Assembly (NCBI GenBank): GCA_902784055.1
Contig: CACZTP010000001.1
Location: 10,755-74,754 of the forward strand
Length of the DNA: 64,000 nt
Reading direction: 5' to 3'
Origin: an uncultured Pseudomonadota bacterium
GTDB taxonomy: Bacteria > Pseudomonadota > Alphaproteobacteria > RUG11792
A program made the translations under genes and the position numbers. Shown piece after piece: positions 37,991-49,048 of the stretch (its first letter is position 1; every line of letters begins with the position of its first letter). The notes under the pieces are model-generated. The model was given only the letters and a program-made list of their open reading frames with translations, was not told the origin of the DNA and did not search any database.

Positions 37991-38848
37991 TCAAAGTTTT
38001 ATATATTTATTGAACCATGTAACTTGACGCTTGGCATAGTTACGAGAAAACTGTTTGCATATATTTCTCATTTCATCGTATAATATTTTTCCATCAAGGT
38101 ATAAAACAATTTCCTTAGCCCCTATAGTTTTGAATATGTGATATTTTGTAAATATTTTGTTGTGTGGTATACTTCTGAATTTTATTAAAAGATCTTTTAC
38201 CTCATCAATTGCTCCATTCTCAAGCATTAAATCAAATCTCCTGTTTATTTTTTTATAAAGCTCCTCTCTAGGTGGATTTAAATACACAAACTTCCATGTA
38301 TCATTTACAAATTTTAATTTTGGTTGTTCAAAAAAATATCGTATTGACTTACCACTTACCGTAAGTATTTCCCACGCCCTTACTATTTGGTGATGTTGCT
38401 CAGGTAGTATTCCTAAATCAGGATCGGCTTCATATACAATTCTGCACATTGATTTAAAATCACCTTTTGATAACTCAGCTCCCGCATCTCTGATGGATTG
38501 CGGAACGTCCGGTAATGGGGATATTCCATTGACTAAAACATTAAGATACATCCCCGTTCCTCCAACTACTATAGGTTGATGTCCTGCTTGCTTTACTTCA
38601 TCAATTTCCATGGTTGCAAGTTTTGCCCATTCTAAAGCCGTTATGTTTTCATTGTTGTTTAATATTCCAAACAATCTGTGATTAGCTTCACCTAATTCTT
38701 CTTTTGTTGGATAAGCACTTAAAACTTTCAAATCTTTATACAGCTGAAATCTATCGCAGTTTATAATTTCTCCGTTAAGTTCTTTAGCTAATCTGATCGC
38801 TTCTGCTGTTTTGCCTGAAGCTGTTGCTCCTACTACACTTACTATCAT
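37991..38848 (-). CDS. miaA: tRNA dimethylallyltransferase
   Basis: GATASGKT P-loop, I.CD.FQ.YK.L, VGGTGMY. Confidence 0.93.
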   Translation of the reverse strand: MIVSVVGATASGKTAEAIRLAKELNGEIINCDRFQLYKDLKVLSAYPTKEELGEANHRLFGILNNNENITALEWAKLATMEIDEVKQAGHQPIVVGGTGMYLNVLVNGISPLPDVPQSIRDAGAELSKGDFKSMCRIVYEADPDLGILPEQHHQIVRAWEILTVSGKSIRYFFEQPKLKFVNDTWKFVYLNPPREELYKKINRRFDLMLENGAIDEVKDLLIKFRSIPHNKIFTKYHIFKTIGAKEIVLYLDGKILYDEMRNICKQFSRNYAKRQVTWFNKYIKL

Positions 38849-40348
38849 TTATTGAACTCGTTCTAAATGTTTGTACGCAGATGACGCTTTATCTCTGTCA
38901 AATTTTAATTTGAAAACATCTGTTTGCAAAAAGTTACGCCATACTGACTTAATGTTATCCTTATATGCATTCAAGACCTCTTTCGATAACTCAATACTTC
39001 GTTTATTTACACAATTAAAAGAATGCCAATCAGGATACACTATATTAAATTTAATCGCGTCTGTATCTATCGATAGCGCTCGTATCATCAAATCTGTTTT
39101 CAACCCGCTTATTATATCTTTTGCAGATACGGAGGATGAAAGAGTATAGTAATCAATTTCTGCTACCTTTGAAATCTGTGACGATATTTTATTTTTATAT
39201 GTAATAGTCAAGTTATCAATTGTTATATGATCGTGTAAAGATTGTTGTTGCGGTATTTTGTCTATAAATGATTGTATTTTTTTGTAATAAAGATAATCAA
39301 TATCTTTTAATTCATTAAGGACTTGTTCTTTTGGCTCATTGTTTAATAATCTACCAAATATATCAAAAATTTTAGTTGTATCGTCTGTAAAATGTTTTTT
39401 TGGTTTTAAGTCAAGGACTTTTCGTAAATAAAGTAAATAAGGATTATGTAATAAGCAACTTATGCCATTTGCATTTACAATTAATTCTGTTTTTATATTT
39501 AATACAAGTAATTCGTTAAAGTTTTCCAAATTTTTGTATATTTTGGGATATATATTTTTTATATGTTCGACTTCCCCTGTTTTTATTCCTTGCCATAACG
39601 GCAAATTGGCTTGTTTTGAAAAGACATATATTATTGGACTTATATTTAGCAATGTGCTCCAGTTTATATGCGTAGTAAGCCCTAGTAATTCACGCTCATA
39701 TCCAGATAACCATAGATGTCCTATATTATTGCTCCATGTAATATTAGGGTTTACATCAAAAAAAATAGTTAAATAACAATTATGCTTAACGTTTGAAATA
39801 TCAGAAATAATTACATTTCCCACAGCAATATTGTCGATAACGATATCATTAAGTATTTTTATTATTTGTCTTATTTGTAAGTTGCTTGTATATTGTGTGT
39901 TGTCGATCGTATTATTTGCTCCAAGCTGACATTTTATTAATTTTCTTATTTTATTATCAGTGATAATTATTTGAGTTCTTCTATCTCCGTATTTTATTAT
40001 CTCGTTTATTTTTTTTAAAGCTGTAATGACATTATCGAAGCATATATATTTTATCAATACATTTTTGCATTCTGTTGTATCTATTTCATTCTCAATACTA
40101 TTATTAACAGAGGACTCCGCAATTACTTGCTTTAAAAAATTTCGATGCATTTGAGCTTTTTCATTTAACATTGATAATGGTATATCAAGGAAATTCAAAA
40201 ATTTATTATGCAGTTCTGAATTATTCGATAGTAATTGTGTTAGCCTTTCCAAATCATATGCCATCAATACCTTATAATTTAAGGGGCTGCTGTACACAGT
40301 CCCTAGTTTTGCGACAAGCTCAATTATATTACTGGTATTAACGCTCAT
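38849..40348 (-). CDS. Cytoplasmic protein of unknown function (499 aa) embedded between metG and miaA
   Basis: Long ORF with no signal peptide or TM. Abuts miaA (0-nt gap) and metG (9-nt gap). No family recognised. Confidence 0.7.
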   Translation of the reverse strand: MSVNTSNIIELVAKLGTVYSSPLNYKVLMAYDLERLTQLLSNNSELHNKFLNFLDIPLSMLNEKAQMHRNFLKQVIAESSVNNSIENEIDTTECKNVLIKYICFDNVITALKKINEIIKYGDRRTQIIITDNKIRKLIKCQLGANNTIDNTQYTSNLQIRQIIKILNDIVIDNIAVGNVIISDISNVKHNCYLTIFFDVNPNITWSNNIGHLWLSGYERELLGLTTHINWSTLLNISPIIYVFSKQANLPLWQGIKTGEVEHIKNIYPKIYKNLENFNELLVLNIKTELIVNANGISCLLHNPYLLYLRKVLDLKPKKHFTDDTTKIFDIFGRLLNNEPKEQVLNELKDIDYLYYKKIQSFIDKIPQQQSLHDHITIDNLTITYKNKISSQISKVAEIDYYTLSSSVSAKDIISGLKTDLMIRALSIDTDAIKFNIVYPDWHSFNCVNKRSIELSKEVLNAYKDNIKSVWRNFLQTDVFKLKFDRDKASSAYKHLERVQ

Positions 40349-40357
40349 TTCCTCAAA

Positions 40358-41893
40358 TTACACATTTGCATATACATCAACATCACAGTCGCTAATCTTC
40401 GGAAAGAGTATTTTTATCTCTCCAAGCTCTATATTATCAGGTAATTTTTCATCGGGATTATACGTAAAACTCGTTTCGATGTTCAAAATTTTAGTAAATT
40501 TTTCAGACGCAACGGGTATTACTGGATATAGCATTTTTGTAATCTTATATATATTTTCAAGGCACACATACAATGTCGCACTCATTCTGTTTTTATCCGA
40601 AGTTTTAAGTGTCCAGGGTTTTTGATTATCTAAATATTGATTTGATAAAGTTATTGCATGTTCCAATTTTTCAAGATATCTATTAAATGAATACTCTTGT
40701 ATTAATTGCGGGCATGATTGTATACAATCAGATACAGATCTATAAAAGTTTTTGTCATCATCTGTTAGTTTTTCAGGACGGTTTATATTCCCATTACAAT
40801 ATTTTTGAATAAAAGATAGTACTCTATTACAAAGATTTCCGTAACTATCAGCCAATACAGAGTTATATCGTTTTATAAAGCCTTCTTTTGAGAAGTTACC
40901 ATCAGCTCCAAAAGTAAGTTCTCGTAACAGGTAATACCTTAAAGCATCAGAACCGAAGATGTTGCAATATTTATAAGGATCTTGGACGTTACCAAGCGAT
41001 TTTGACATTTTTTGTCCTTCGCTTAACCACCATCCGTGCGAAACAATTTGTTTAGGTGGATTAATTCCAACAGCCATTAAGAACGCAGGCCAGTAAAGGG
41101 CGTGAAATCGTACTATTTCCTTTCCAACAAAGTGAATAACATTTTGCCAATATGGGTCATTGTTTTGGTTTTCATTTTCTGGATAACCATTAACTGTTAA
41201 ATAGTTAGTAAGAGCATCGAGCCAAACATAGACAACGTGTTTAGGATCGTTAGGAACTGGAACACCCCATGAAAACGTTGTCCTTGAAATTGCTAAATCG
41301 GTTAGTCCTTGTTCTATAAAACTCACTATTTCATTTTTCCGACTGATTGGAAATATAAAATCTGGGTGCTCATCATAGTATTTAAGTAACTTATCCCCAA
41401 ATGCCGATAACTTAAAGAAATAACAGGGCTCGGTCATATAGGTTACATCACCACCCAATGGAGATTTCCCATCAATCAACTCACTTTCAGCAAAATATGC
41501 TTCATTTCTTATGTCGTACCAGCCTTCATATTTTCCTAAATATATGTACCCAGCATCAGACAACTTTTCCCAGAAATGCTCAACTGTTTTTTTATGTCGT
41601 AACTCGGTTGTCCGTATAAAATCATCATTTGAAATGTTTAAAATTGGTAACAAATTTCTAAACAATCCAGATATTTCATCAGCAAATTGTTGTGGTGTTT
41701 GCTTGTTGTTTATCGCGCTTTGTTCAACTTTTTTGCCATGTTCGTCTGTGCCAGTAGAAAATTTAACGTTATACCCCATGATCCGGCAGAAGCGTGCATA
41801 TACATCGCAAACGACAGTAGTGTAAGCATGCCCTATATGTGGTTTTGCATTTACGTAATATATAGGAGTTGTAATAAAAATATTCTTATTCAT
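40358..41893 (-). CDS. metG: Methionine--tRNA ligase
   Basis: PIYYVNAKPHIGHAY (HIGH), KMSKS, class I fold. Confidence 0.97.
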   Translation of the reverse strand: MNKNIFITTPIYYVNAKPHIGHAYTTVVCDVYARFCRIMGYNVKFSTGTDEHGKKVEQSAINNKQTPQQFADEISGLFRNLLPILNISNDDFIRTTELRHKKTVEHFWEKLSDAGYIYLGKYEGWYDIRNEAYFAESELIDGKSPLGGDVTYMTEPCYFFKLSAFGDKLLKYYDEHPDFIFPISRKNEIVSFIEQGLTDLAISRTTFSWGVPVPNDPKHVVYVWLDALTNYLTVNGYPENENQNNDPYWQNVIHFVGKEIVRFHALYWPAFLMAVGINPPKQIVSHGWWLSEGQKMSKSLGNVQDPYKYCNIFGSDALRYYLLRELTFGADGNFSKEGFIKRYNSVLADSYGNLCNRVLSFIQKYCNGNINRPEKLTDDDKNFYRSVSDCIQSCPQLIQEYSFNRYLEKLEHAITLSNQYLDNQKPWTLKTSDKNRMSATLYVCLENIYKITKMLYPVIPVASEKFTKILNIETSFTYNPDEKLPDNIELGEIKILFPKISDCDVDVYANV

Positions 41894-42432
41894 TTCAAAA
41901 TTAAGTGAATCTACCTAGTAATCAGTATAACACGCATCACTTTTGTCACTCCAGATATTTTATGAAAATATATCGACACTCGAAGAACATTAGGGCATAG
42001 GTTTTGAATACAACCGAGGTTTTAATATCCTAATTGCTAGTAATTACAAGTTATTTAGCCGGAAGCAATATATCTTCAATAAGTAACCCTCCTTCTAATA
42101 TTATTGAAGGAACGGAGCATTAAACGTTTTTTGTGCGTTAGTTCTTTATTGCTGAAAATTGTTTATTGAAAAAAAATTTAAATGAAATGGGTAATAAATA
42201 AATTTGACATTATTGTGTACCGTCATAAATAAGGTGGTAGCATTAAACTCATTAACGAAGTAAAATATTACAGACTTTTTTATGGCTAGCATTCAATAAT
42301 TTCGAATATTTTAGTTTTTCTCGATACAGAGATGCAGTAGGCGCTAATTATTTTAATGGGAAGAATCTAAATAAATTTAATATCGTAAAATACCTTAAAG
42401 AAGTATTTCCCCTTCTTAAGGGCTACATTTTC

Positions 42433-44601
42433 GTGTTTGGGAAACAAATATTTAATGTCATATATTACTCCTTTAGTATAGCATTCATATGCACAACTAC
42501 AGTATTCAGTATTTTTTATTATTACGGGAAAGACCTTCCGAGTGAGTTAACATTACTTGAATACACACCAATAACAACGTCTCGAATATATGACAACGAT
42601 GGAAATTTAATTGAAGAATATTCGCAAGAACGGAGGACGGTATTGTCTTTCGATGAAATTCCAATATTAGTAAAGGGGGCATTTTTAATAGCTGAAGATA
42701 GAGATTTTTACGAACATGGTGGGGTTAGCTTACAAGGCTTCATGAGAGCTGTTATAGAAAACACAGCTCGAAAAGTTTGGAATAAAAAACCAACTGGAGG
42801 CTCGACTATAACTCAACAGGTAGCGAAAAACTTACTGGTCGGAACAGAACGCAGTATGCGTCGCAAAATTCGTGAAGCGATTATGGCATTTAGAATAGAA
42901 AGCAGTCTTTCAAAGAATAAAATATTTGAAATATACTTAAATCAATTATATTTAGGGAAAGGGTGCTACGGAGTTGCGTCAGCATGCGAATATTATTTCA
43001 ATAAAAATATTAAGGAGGCAACCCCTGCAGAGGTCGCTCTTATAGCATCATTACCAAGTATTCCGAATATATATATACACCATTTAGATTCAAAAAAATT
43101 ACAGATAAAGAAAAATTCAATCTTATACCAATTGTATGATATGGGATATATAACCGAACAACAATTAAAGGAGGCGATAAAGACACCTATAAAGATAAAT
43201 AACAGAACTCATAAAAACAAATATCAATATTACACTGACGAAGTATTTAGAATAATTTCTCAAAGGATTTCCAAAGAAGCATTTTTTAAAAGTGGGTTTA
43301 GTATAACTACAACAATGGATGCAACAGTACAATACATTGCAGTAAAAGCCCTTGAAGATGGACTTATTGAATATACAAAACGATACAAATGGAAACAACT
43401 GCATTTTACCGATACAGATCTAGCAAAAATACAAGAAAAACTACCTAGTACGATAAACGAAATTATCCCATGTAAAGCGTTAGAAATAAATAAAGATAAT
43501 ATTACTGCAATCGATAAAGACAACAACATTATCAATGTACAATTAAGTAAAAATTTTTATACTGAGGCAAGTATACATAAAGGCAATATAATATTGGTTC
43601 GCAAAGTAAATGACTATTATGAATTGTATGTACAACCTGAAGTAACTGGTGGAATTGTAGTAATGGATGCAAGTACTGGGAATATTCTAGCTATGTCAGG
43701 GGGATATAGCTTTGATATCTCATCGTTTAATTGTATAACCCAATCATTACGTCAGCCAGGCTCAGCAATTAAACCTTTTGTTTATGCGCTAGCTCTTGAG
43801 GCAGGAGCTAGCGAACATGATATCATTTCTGACGAACCTATACATATAAAATTTCCAGATGGGCGTATTTATTCTCCTAAGAACTATAACAATAAATATT
43901 TAGTAGAAATTGAACTACGTGATGCTTTAATACAGTCAAAGAATGTAGCTACTGTTCGTCTTGCTCAAATAATTGGAATGCGTAAAATTAATAGTATGTT
44001 TATCAACTTGGAGTTAACAGAAAAACGTTTTCCAATATCCGCCGTTTTAGGAGCAATTGATACATCTCCAATAAAACTGTTATCAGCATTTTCAATATTT
44101 GTTAATAAAGGCAAAATGGTGAGACCGAGATTTATAAAAAACATATCTCAGTTTAATAAACATTACGTTAGCGAAAATTTAACAGCCGATTTGACGAAAA
44201 TAACATTAAAACAAATTGTATCATCCGAAACAGCTGATACAATGCGTAGAATATTGCATGATGTTGTAACATCAGGCACAGCGTCGCGTTTAGCATCTCT
44301 TGAAGAACAGTTTGGTATTGAAGTAATAGGAAAAACAGGAAGCACAAATGATTGGAAAGATGCCTGGTTCATAGGAGCGGTTACAAAACATGGGAAAACA
44401 TTAATTGTGTGTGTCTTTGTTGGCTACCCAAAACCAAAGACTTTAGGGAATAAAATGTACGGTTCTGTTGTTGCAATGCCAATATTTAAATCTTTTATAT
44501 CGGATTTATTTTTATATGACGATTTAGCATTAACAGAACAGATCGAAACAAATCTTGCTCCACTTGATACGTCTGTCATAGCGTCATATGACGTAAACTA
44601 A
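42433..44601 (+). CDS. Class A penicillin-binding protein (second copy)
   Basis: AEDRDFYEHGGV, GGSTITQQVAKN, RKIRE. Transpeptidase motifs PGSAIKPF (SxxK) and GKTGSTND. GTG start; the frame is open upstream without a canonical start. Confidence 0.9.
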   Translation: MFGKQIFNVIYYSFSIAFICTTTVFSIFYYYGKDLPSELTLLEYTPITTSRIYDNDGNLIEEYSQERRTVLSFDEIPILVKGAFLIAEDRDFYEHGGVSLQGFMRAVIENTARKVWNKKPTGGSTITQQVAKNLLVGTERSMRRKIREAIMAFRIESSLSKNKIFEIYLNQLYLGKGCYGVASACEYYFNKNIKEATPAEVALIASLPSIPNIYIHHLDSKKLQIKKNSILYQLYDMGYITEQQLKEAIKTPIKINNRTHKNKYQYYTDEVFRIISQRISKEAFFKSGFSITTTMDATVQYIAVKALEDGLIEYTKRYKWKQLHFTDTDLAKIQEKLPSTINEIIPCKALEINKDNITAIDKDNNIINVQLSKNFYTEASIHKGNIILVRKVNDYYELYVQPEVTGGIVVMDASTGNILAMSGGYSFDISSFNCITQSLRQPGSAIKPFVYALALEAGASEHDIISDEPIHIKFPDGRIYSPKNYNNKYLVEIELRDALIQSKNVATVRLAQIIGMRKINSMFINLELTEKRFPISAVLGAIDTSPIKLLSAFSIFVNKGKMVRPRFIKNISQFNKHYVSENLTADLTKITLKQIVSSETADTMRRILHDVVTSGTASRLASLEEQFGIEVIGKTGSTNDWKDAWFIGAVTKHGKTLIVCVFVGYPKPKTLGNKMYGSVVAMPIFKSFISDLFLYDDLALTEQIETNLAPLDTSVIASYDVN

Positions 44602-44630
44602 CAACGTAACAGTTTTTCGGAAAATACAGC

Positions 44631-46889
44631 GTGCAACGGAATATTACAGGCGGAGTATTGTATATAACAATATCTTTGTTCATTCTATGTAGCCTAATTT
44701 TTTATGACGCAAACATTCCTGCACCTTTTGTTGCATCGACCAATGCTGATATAAATGCTACTTTATTTAAAATAATATTAGCCTTTTGTTCGAATATAAC
44801 AATACAATTTTTCGGATTGTTTTCATATCTACTTGTTGTCATTTCAGTTGCACGAGGAACATCTTTTTTCTACTGGGAACGAGCAAAATTTAAATATCAA
44901 AGACTATGGTTTTTTTTATTGCTTATACTTATTCCAACAATGTACAATGTTATGTCAACATATCCAGTATTTAAAAACGTACTATCATCAAGTAAATTTG
45001 ATTGTTATGCCGGTGGAAATGTTGGTTATTTTTTTTCAAAATTAATATTTATTGATTTATTAAAACAAACACAAGTATATAAGTGGCAAATAATTTTAAT
45101 ATTTATAACAGTTTTATGGGCATTACAATACGTATGTTGTTTCAGTTACGCTCGAATATTCAAGTCTTTAAAAGAAATAAACAATAAAAAAACAAATTTG
45201 TTCAAATTTTATACATATATAAAAAAAATGAGTGTTTATTTAAAAACATTGTTTATCGAATTGCAAAAATTATTCAACTCAAAATATACAAACCGCAAAA
45301 GATTAAAAAATTTTAAACAAAAACGTAAAAAATTACTAACAGTTTACAATATGAAAAAATCAAACAATATACATAACGAAACTACCGAAGATACTCAACA
45401 TGAAATTTTAAACACCACAAATGTTCAAACTAATGATGCAGATTATGAATGTGATAGTTATAACAAACAACCTTTTGATGAAAATATTGACTATTCACAA
45501 CATGAGGAATATCTTACTAGAAACGTTTCATATAATGACATCTCTATTAAACAAAAACAATATAAATATTTACTACCTTCGATTGATTTACTTGATAAAT
45601 GTGATATAAAACAAAATTACGACAAGCCAGAATTGTTTAAAGAATTATCAGGAGAGCTTTTAAAAGCAATGGACGAATTCGGTATTAAGGGGGAAATACT
45701 AAAAGTTAAACCTGGTCCCATAATTACAGTGTTTGAATTTAAGCCAGCTCCTGGAATTAAAACATCACGTATAATTTCGCTCAGTGAAGATATTGCCCGT
45801 TCTATGAGTGCTATTTCAGCTAGAATATCAACAATTCCGGGGAGGAACGTCTTAGGCATAGAAATACCTAACAAAGAAAGGCACACTGTACATTTATACC
45901 AACTATTTTCATGCGATGAATTTAAATCAAAAATAAATGGAATACAGCTAGCATTAGGACAAGATACAAATGGCAATCCTGTATTTGCTGATTTAACTAG
46001 AATGCCCCACCTTCTTATAGCCGGAACAACAGGATCGGGAAAGTCTGTATCAATAAATGATATGATACTTTCAATACTATTTAAATTTAAACCTAATGAA
46101 TGCAAATTAATAATGATAGATCCCAAAATGCTTGAATTATCTGTTTACGATAATATCCCTCATCTTTTGATACCCGTAGTAACAGAGCCTAAAAAAGCTG
46201 TATCTGCACTAAAATGGGCTGTAACTGAAATGGAACAAAGATATAGGAACATGGCTAAGCTCGGCGTTAGAAACATTGACGGATTTAATAAAAAACTAAA
46301 AGATGCAATTAAAAACCCAGACTTACTTACGAAGAAGGTGCAAATAGGATTTGATTCACAAACAGGACGACCAACTTTCGAAGTACAAAAGCTTGATTTT
46401 GAGCCTATGCCTTACATTGTAATTTTCGTCGATGAAATGGCAGATCTTATGCTTGTTGCGGGCAAGGAAGTTGAAACTGCTATACAACGTCTTGCTCAAA
46501 TGGCTCGGGCAGCGGGTATTCATCTAATAATGGCAACACAGAGACCATCAGTTGATGTTATTACTGGAACTATTAAAGCGAACTTTCCGACAAGAATAAG
46601 TTTTCAAGTTTCATCAAAAATAGACAGTAGGACTATCCTCGGTGAGCAGGGGGCAGAACAGCTTCTTGGGCAAGGTGATATGTTGTATATGTCTGGAGTT
46701 GGTAGGCTTTTACGTGTACATGCCCCATTTGTCCAGGACACTGAAATAGATCGTGTTGTTGATTTTGTAAAATCACAGGAACTACCTCATTATGTCGATA
46801 TACAAGAATCCGAGACTAATAACAAGTTAGAGACTGAACAACTAACTATAGAGCAACCTGTAAAGCGTCGCCGATCTCAATCTCACTAG
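44631..46889 (+). CDS. ftsK: DNA translocase FtsK
   Basis: N-terminal TMs, an N/K-rich linker, motor domain [33 protein letters not shown], and a gamma-like C-terminus. Confidence 0.95.
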   Translation: MQRNITGGVLYITISLFILCSLIFYDANIPAPFVASTNADINATLFKIILAFCSNITIQFFGLFSYLLVVISVARGTSFFYWERAKFKYQRLWFFLLLILIPTMYNVMSTYPVFKNVLSSSKFDCYAGGNVGYFFSKLIFIDLLKQTQVYKWQIILIFITVLWALQYVCCFSYARIFKSLKEINNKKTNLFKFYTYIKKMSVYLKTLFIELQKLFNSKYTNRKRLKNFKQKRKKLLTVYNMKKSNNIHNETTEDTQHEILNTTNVQTNDADYECDSYNKQPFDENIDYSQHEEYLTRNVSYNDISIKQKQYKYLLPSIDLLDKCDIKQNYDKPELFKELSGELLKAMDEFGIKGEILKVKPGPIITVFEFKPAPGIKTSRIISLSEDIARSMSAISARISTIPGRNVLGIEIPNKERHTVHLYQLFSCDEFKSKINGIQLALGQDTNGNPVFADLTRMPHLLIAGTTGSGKSVSINDMILSILFKFKPNECKLIMIDPKMLELSVYDNIPHLLIPVVTEPKKAVSALKWAVTEMEQRYRNMAKLGVRNIDGFNKKLKDAIKNPDLLTKKVQIGFDSQTGRPTFEVQKLDFEPMPYIVIFVDEMADLMLVAGKEVETAIQRLAQMARAAGIHLIMATQRPSVDVITGTIKANFPTRISFQVSSKIDSRTILGEQGAEQLLGQGDMLYMSGVGRLLRVHAPFVQDTEIDRVVDFVKSQELPHYVDIQESETNNKLETEQLTIEQPVKRRRSQSH

Positions 46890-46905
46890 TTAACGTTACA
46901 AAAAA

Positions 46906-46942
46906 AATAAACACTGCCTAGTTTTAATAGGCTGTGTTTATT
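46906..46942. terminator. Hairpin terminator between convergent ftsK and the 665-aa gene
   Basis: aataaacac-t-gccta-(loop)-taggc-t-gtgtttatt. The A7 run on plus gives a T-run for the minus-strand transcript. Confidence 0.6.
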
Positions 46943-46946
46943 AAAA

Positions 46947-48944
46947 TCATTTGCTAGAATTATTAAGTTTGTATTGTTCTTTAATTTTCATTCCTGGTTC
47001 AACAATCTTCTTAGGATAGAATTTTTGAGCATCGAAATAACCCTTTGGCCGATCTGGGTATATATTATCCCACCAATACGGAACCCAAATTTTACACTTT
47101 TTCAGACATGAATCTAGCCAGGTTTTATTTTCAATTGAAAAATCCGCAAACAATTTATTAACCTTTGTTGGACTTACTGCATATAAAGTACAACGCCTTG
47201 CGAATCTTATAAAATCCGACTTCGGAATGTTCCGTTCCCACCCCCATGATGATGATAAACCAAATTTTATACTATGATAAGTTGATCCGAGAATTGGTAA
47301 GGCTTTTAAGAAATCGATCCCGAACTTTTGACAATCAATTGCAAATTTAACAAAAGACGTAAATTTATCTTCGCAACAAAGTTCCACCGCATTAAACCAA
47401 CCTCTGTACTTCACATGTAATAAATTTTTTTCATTGTCATTAAAGGTTCTATTGTATAAAAGCTCAACAAGTAGTGCTTGTATTCCAAGATCCGTTTCAG
47501 AGCCGATAACACCTTCGGAGGCGTTCCACTTTTCTGGCGATATCTTCTTTAAAAAATTTTCTGGATCTACAGAACATCTCTGAAGCACTGGAGCAAATTT
47601 TATGGCAACGTCAAACGGCATGTTTATTTTGTATTTACCAGATAAATCAATTAGTTTTACTAACAGATCAATAGTTTCAAAAACAACATCGCCTTTAACT
47701 ATGTCTTCATTTAATTCGAAACATTTTTCTAATAACGCATTTAAAGAATAAATATCAAAATCTTGGGGATTAACAAGTTTTGTCGCGCTAATTTTGGACA
47801 TATATTGATCAAGAACTGTGTTAAAAGATGCTCTCGTTAACTTTTCTGTCTGCGTACAAAACTCAAGATACTGTAGCACAAGCCTAAGATATTCGAAATT
47901 GTAAACATCTTTTGTAAAAATGCGTAATGATTTTTTTGCTTGTACGGAATTAAATTTTAAAAAAAATTGCTTAAAATCACTATCACATTCCCCGAACTTC
48001 TTGAGTATAAGAGCGCAACTGTTAGAAGAAGCTGTATATCCATTTGCAAACAAAAGCTGTCCTTTTTTAAACGGATCTTTAGTCTCTTTTAACTGTTGTA
48101 TGGTTTGAGGACCATGTTCCAATGATGTATTTGTGGCATAAAGATAATCTATATCTTTACAGATAATCCTTTCTGCACATTTTCTTAATAGGTCATTGAC
48201 CCAATCTTCGTATCGGTCAACTTCTGCTGTTACAGACTCATCATATCCAAAAGATATTACATTGAGCTGTGTAAGGTAACAATACCAGTCGTTTTTTAAA
48301 CAATTGGTAAAAGCCTCTTCTCCAGAAAATTTTTCACACGATAATTGCCATGCATTAACATCGTTATTTCCATAAACAGAAAGACTATATTCAGACATTT
48401 TTTCTTTTATATCGGAAATTACAGATTGAAACAATTTTTCTGTAAGATCTGTATGACTACTGTTTTTTTGATAATTTTCATCATGAAAACGCTTATATAA
48501 ACCCAAGTAACACATCCATGTGGTTATAGCATTGCCAACATTTTTTAATGCATTTTCTGAATTTTCACGAAGATTTTGCCAAATATTGTTTATAAACAAA
48601 TTTGCCGTTTTATCATACTTCGTATTACGTTCTTCATCGGTAGTTGAGTTTATATCTTTTGCAATGACTATTAATTCTTTTAGGGCATTAATTGATGAAC
48701 TCCATTCGTCTTTGGTCGCCCAAAAAAGTTTTCCTTGCTCTTTTTTTAGACGATCGTTTATGTGTGATATTGTTTGCTGAAATCTTTCTTCAACAACGTT
48801 TACAATATTCCGTTCAAACGTGGAACTTTGTAAGTTACTAACTTCGTCTGTACTTACAACTCGTCCATCACTCGCGTGTAGCTCGATATCCGTTGAAATA
48901 ACAATTCCAAACAATGCCAACGATAAAAGTAGTGTTTTATTCAT
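46947..48944 (-). CDS. Secreted 665-aa protein of unknown function (paralog-family member)
   Basis: Signal peptide MNKTLLLSLALFGIVIS. AAGGTG RBS. Shares blocks with the decayed copy at 58740-59661. Confidence 0.75.
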   Translation of the reverse strand: MNKTLLLSLALFGIVISTDIELHASDGRVVSTDEVSNLQSSTFERNIVNVVEERFQQTISHINDRLKKEQGKLFWATKDEWSSSINALKELIVIAKDINSTTDEERNTKYDKTANLFINNIWQNLRENSENALKNVGNAITTWMCYLGLYKRFHDENYQKNSSHTDLTEKLFQSVISDIKEKMSEYSLSVYGNNDVNAWQLSCEKFSGEEAFTNCLKNDWYCYLTQLNVISFGYDESVTAEVDRYEDWVNDLLRKCAERIICKDIDYLYATNTSLEHGPQTIQQLKETKDPFKKGQLLFANGYTASSNSCALILKKFGECDSDFKQFFLKFNSVQAKKSLRIFTKDVYNFEYLRLVLQYLEFCTQTEKLTRASFNTVLDQYMSKISATKLVNPQDFDIYSLNALLEKCFELNEDIVKGDVVFETIDLLVKLIDLSGKYKINMPFDVAIKFAPVLQRCSVDPENFLKKISPEKWNASEGVIGSETDLGIQALLVELLYNRTFNDNEKNLLHVKYRGWFNAVELCCEDKFTSFVKFAIDCQKFGIDFLKALPILGSTYHSIKFGLSSSWGWERNIPKSDFIRFARRCTLYAVSPTKVNKLFADFSIENKTWLDSCLKKCKIWVPYWWDNIYPDRPKGYFDAQKFYPKKIVEPGMKIKEQYKLNNSSK

Positions 48945-48977
48945 AAATTTTTAACACCTTCTAAGCTATCTACACAT

Positions 48978-49006
48978 ACTATACCCCCCCCCCAGGACTT
49001 TGTCAA
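48978..49006 (-). promoter_or_regulatory. Sigma70-like promoter TTGACA-N17-TATAGT whose spacer contains a G10 tract
   Basis: Minus strand: TTGACA aagtcct GGGGGGGGGG TATAGT. The RBS and ATG (48944) lie 25-35 nt downstream. Confidence 0.55.
48984..48993. repeat. C10/G10 homopolymer (longest G/C run seen in the window)
   Basis: Direct read: ata cccccccccc agg. Confidence 0.95.
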
Positions 49007-49048
49007 ATATAATGTTATAATTTCTGATGTGTATATACGGTATTAGGT

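Noticed and set aside
45617-46126. 169-aa minus-strand ORF
   Set aside because: It is antisense to the conserved FtsK motor domain.
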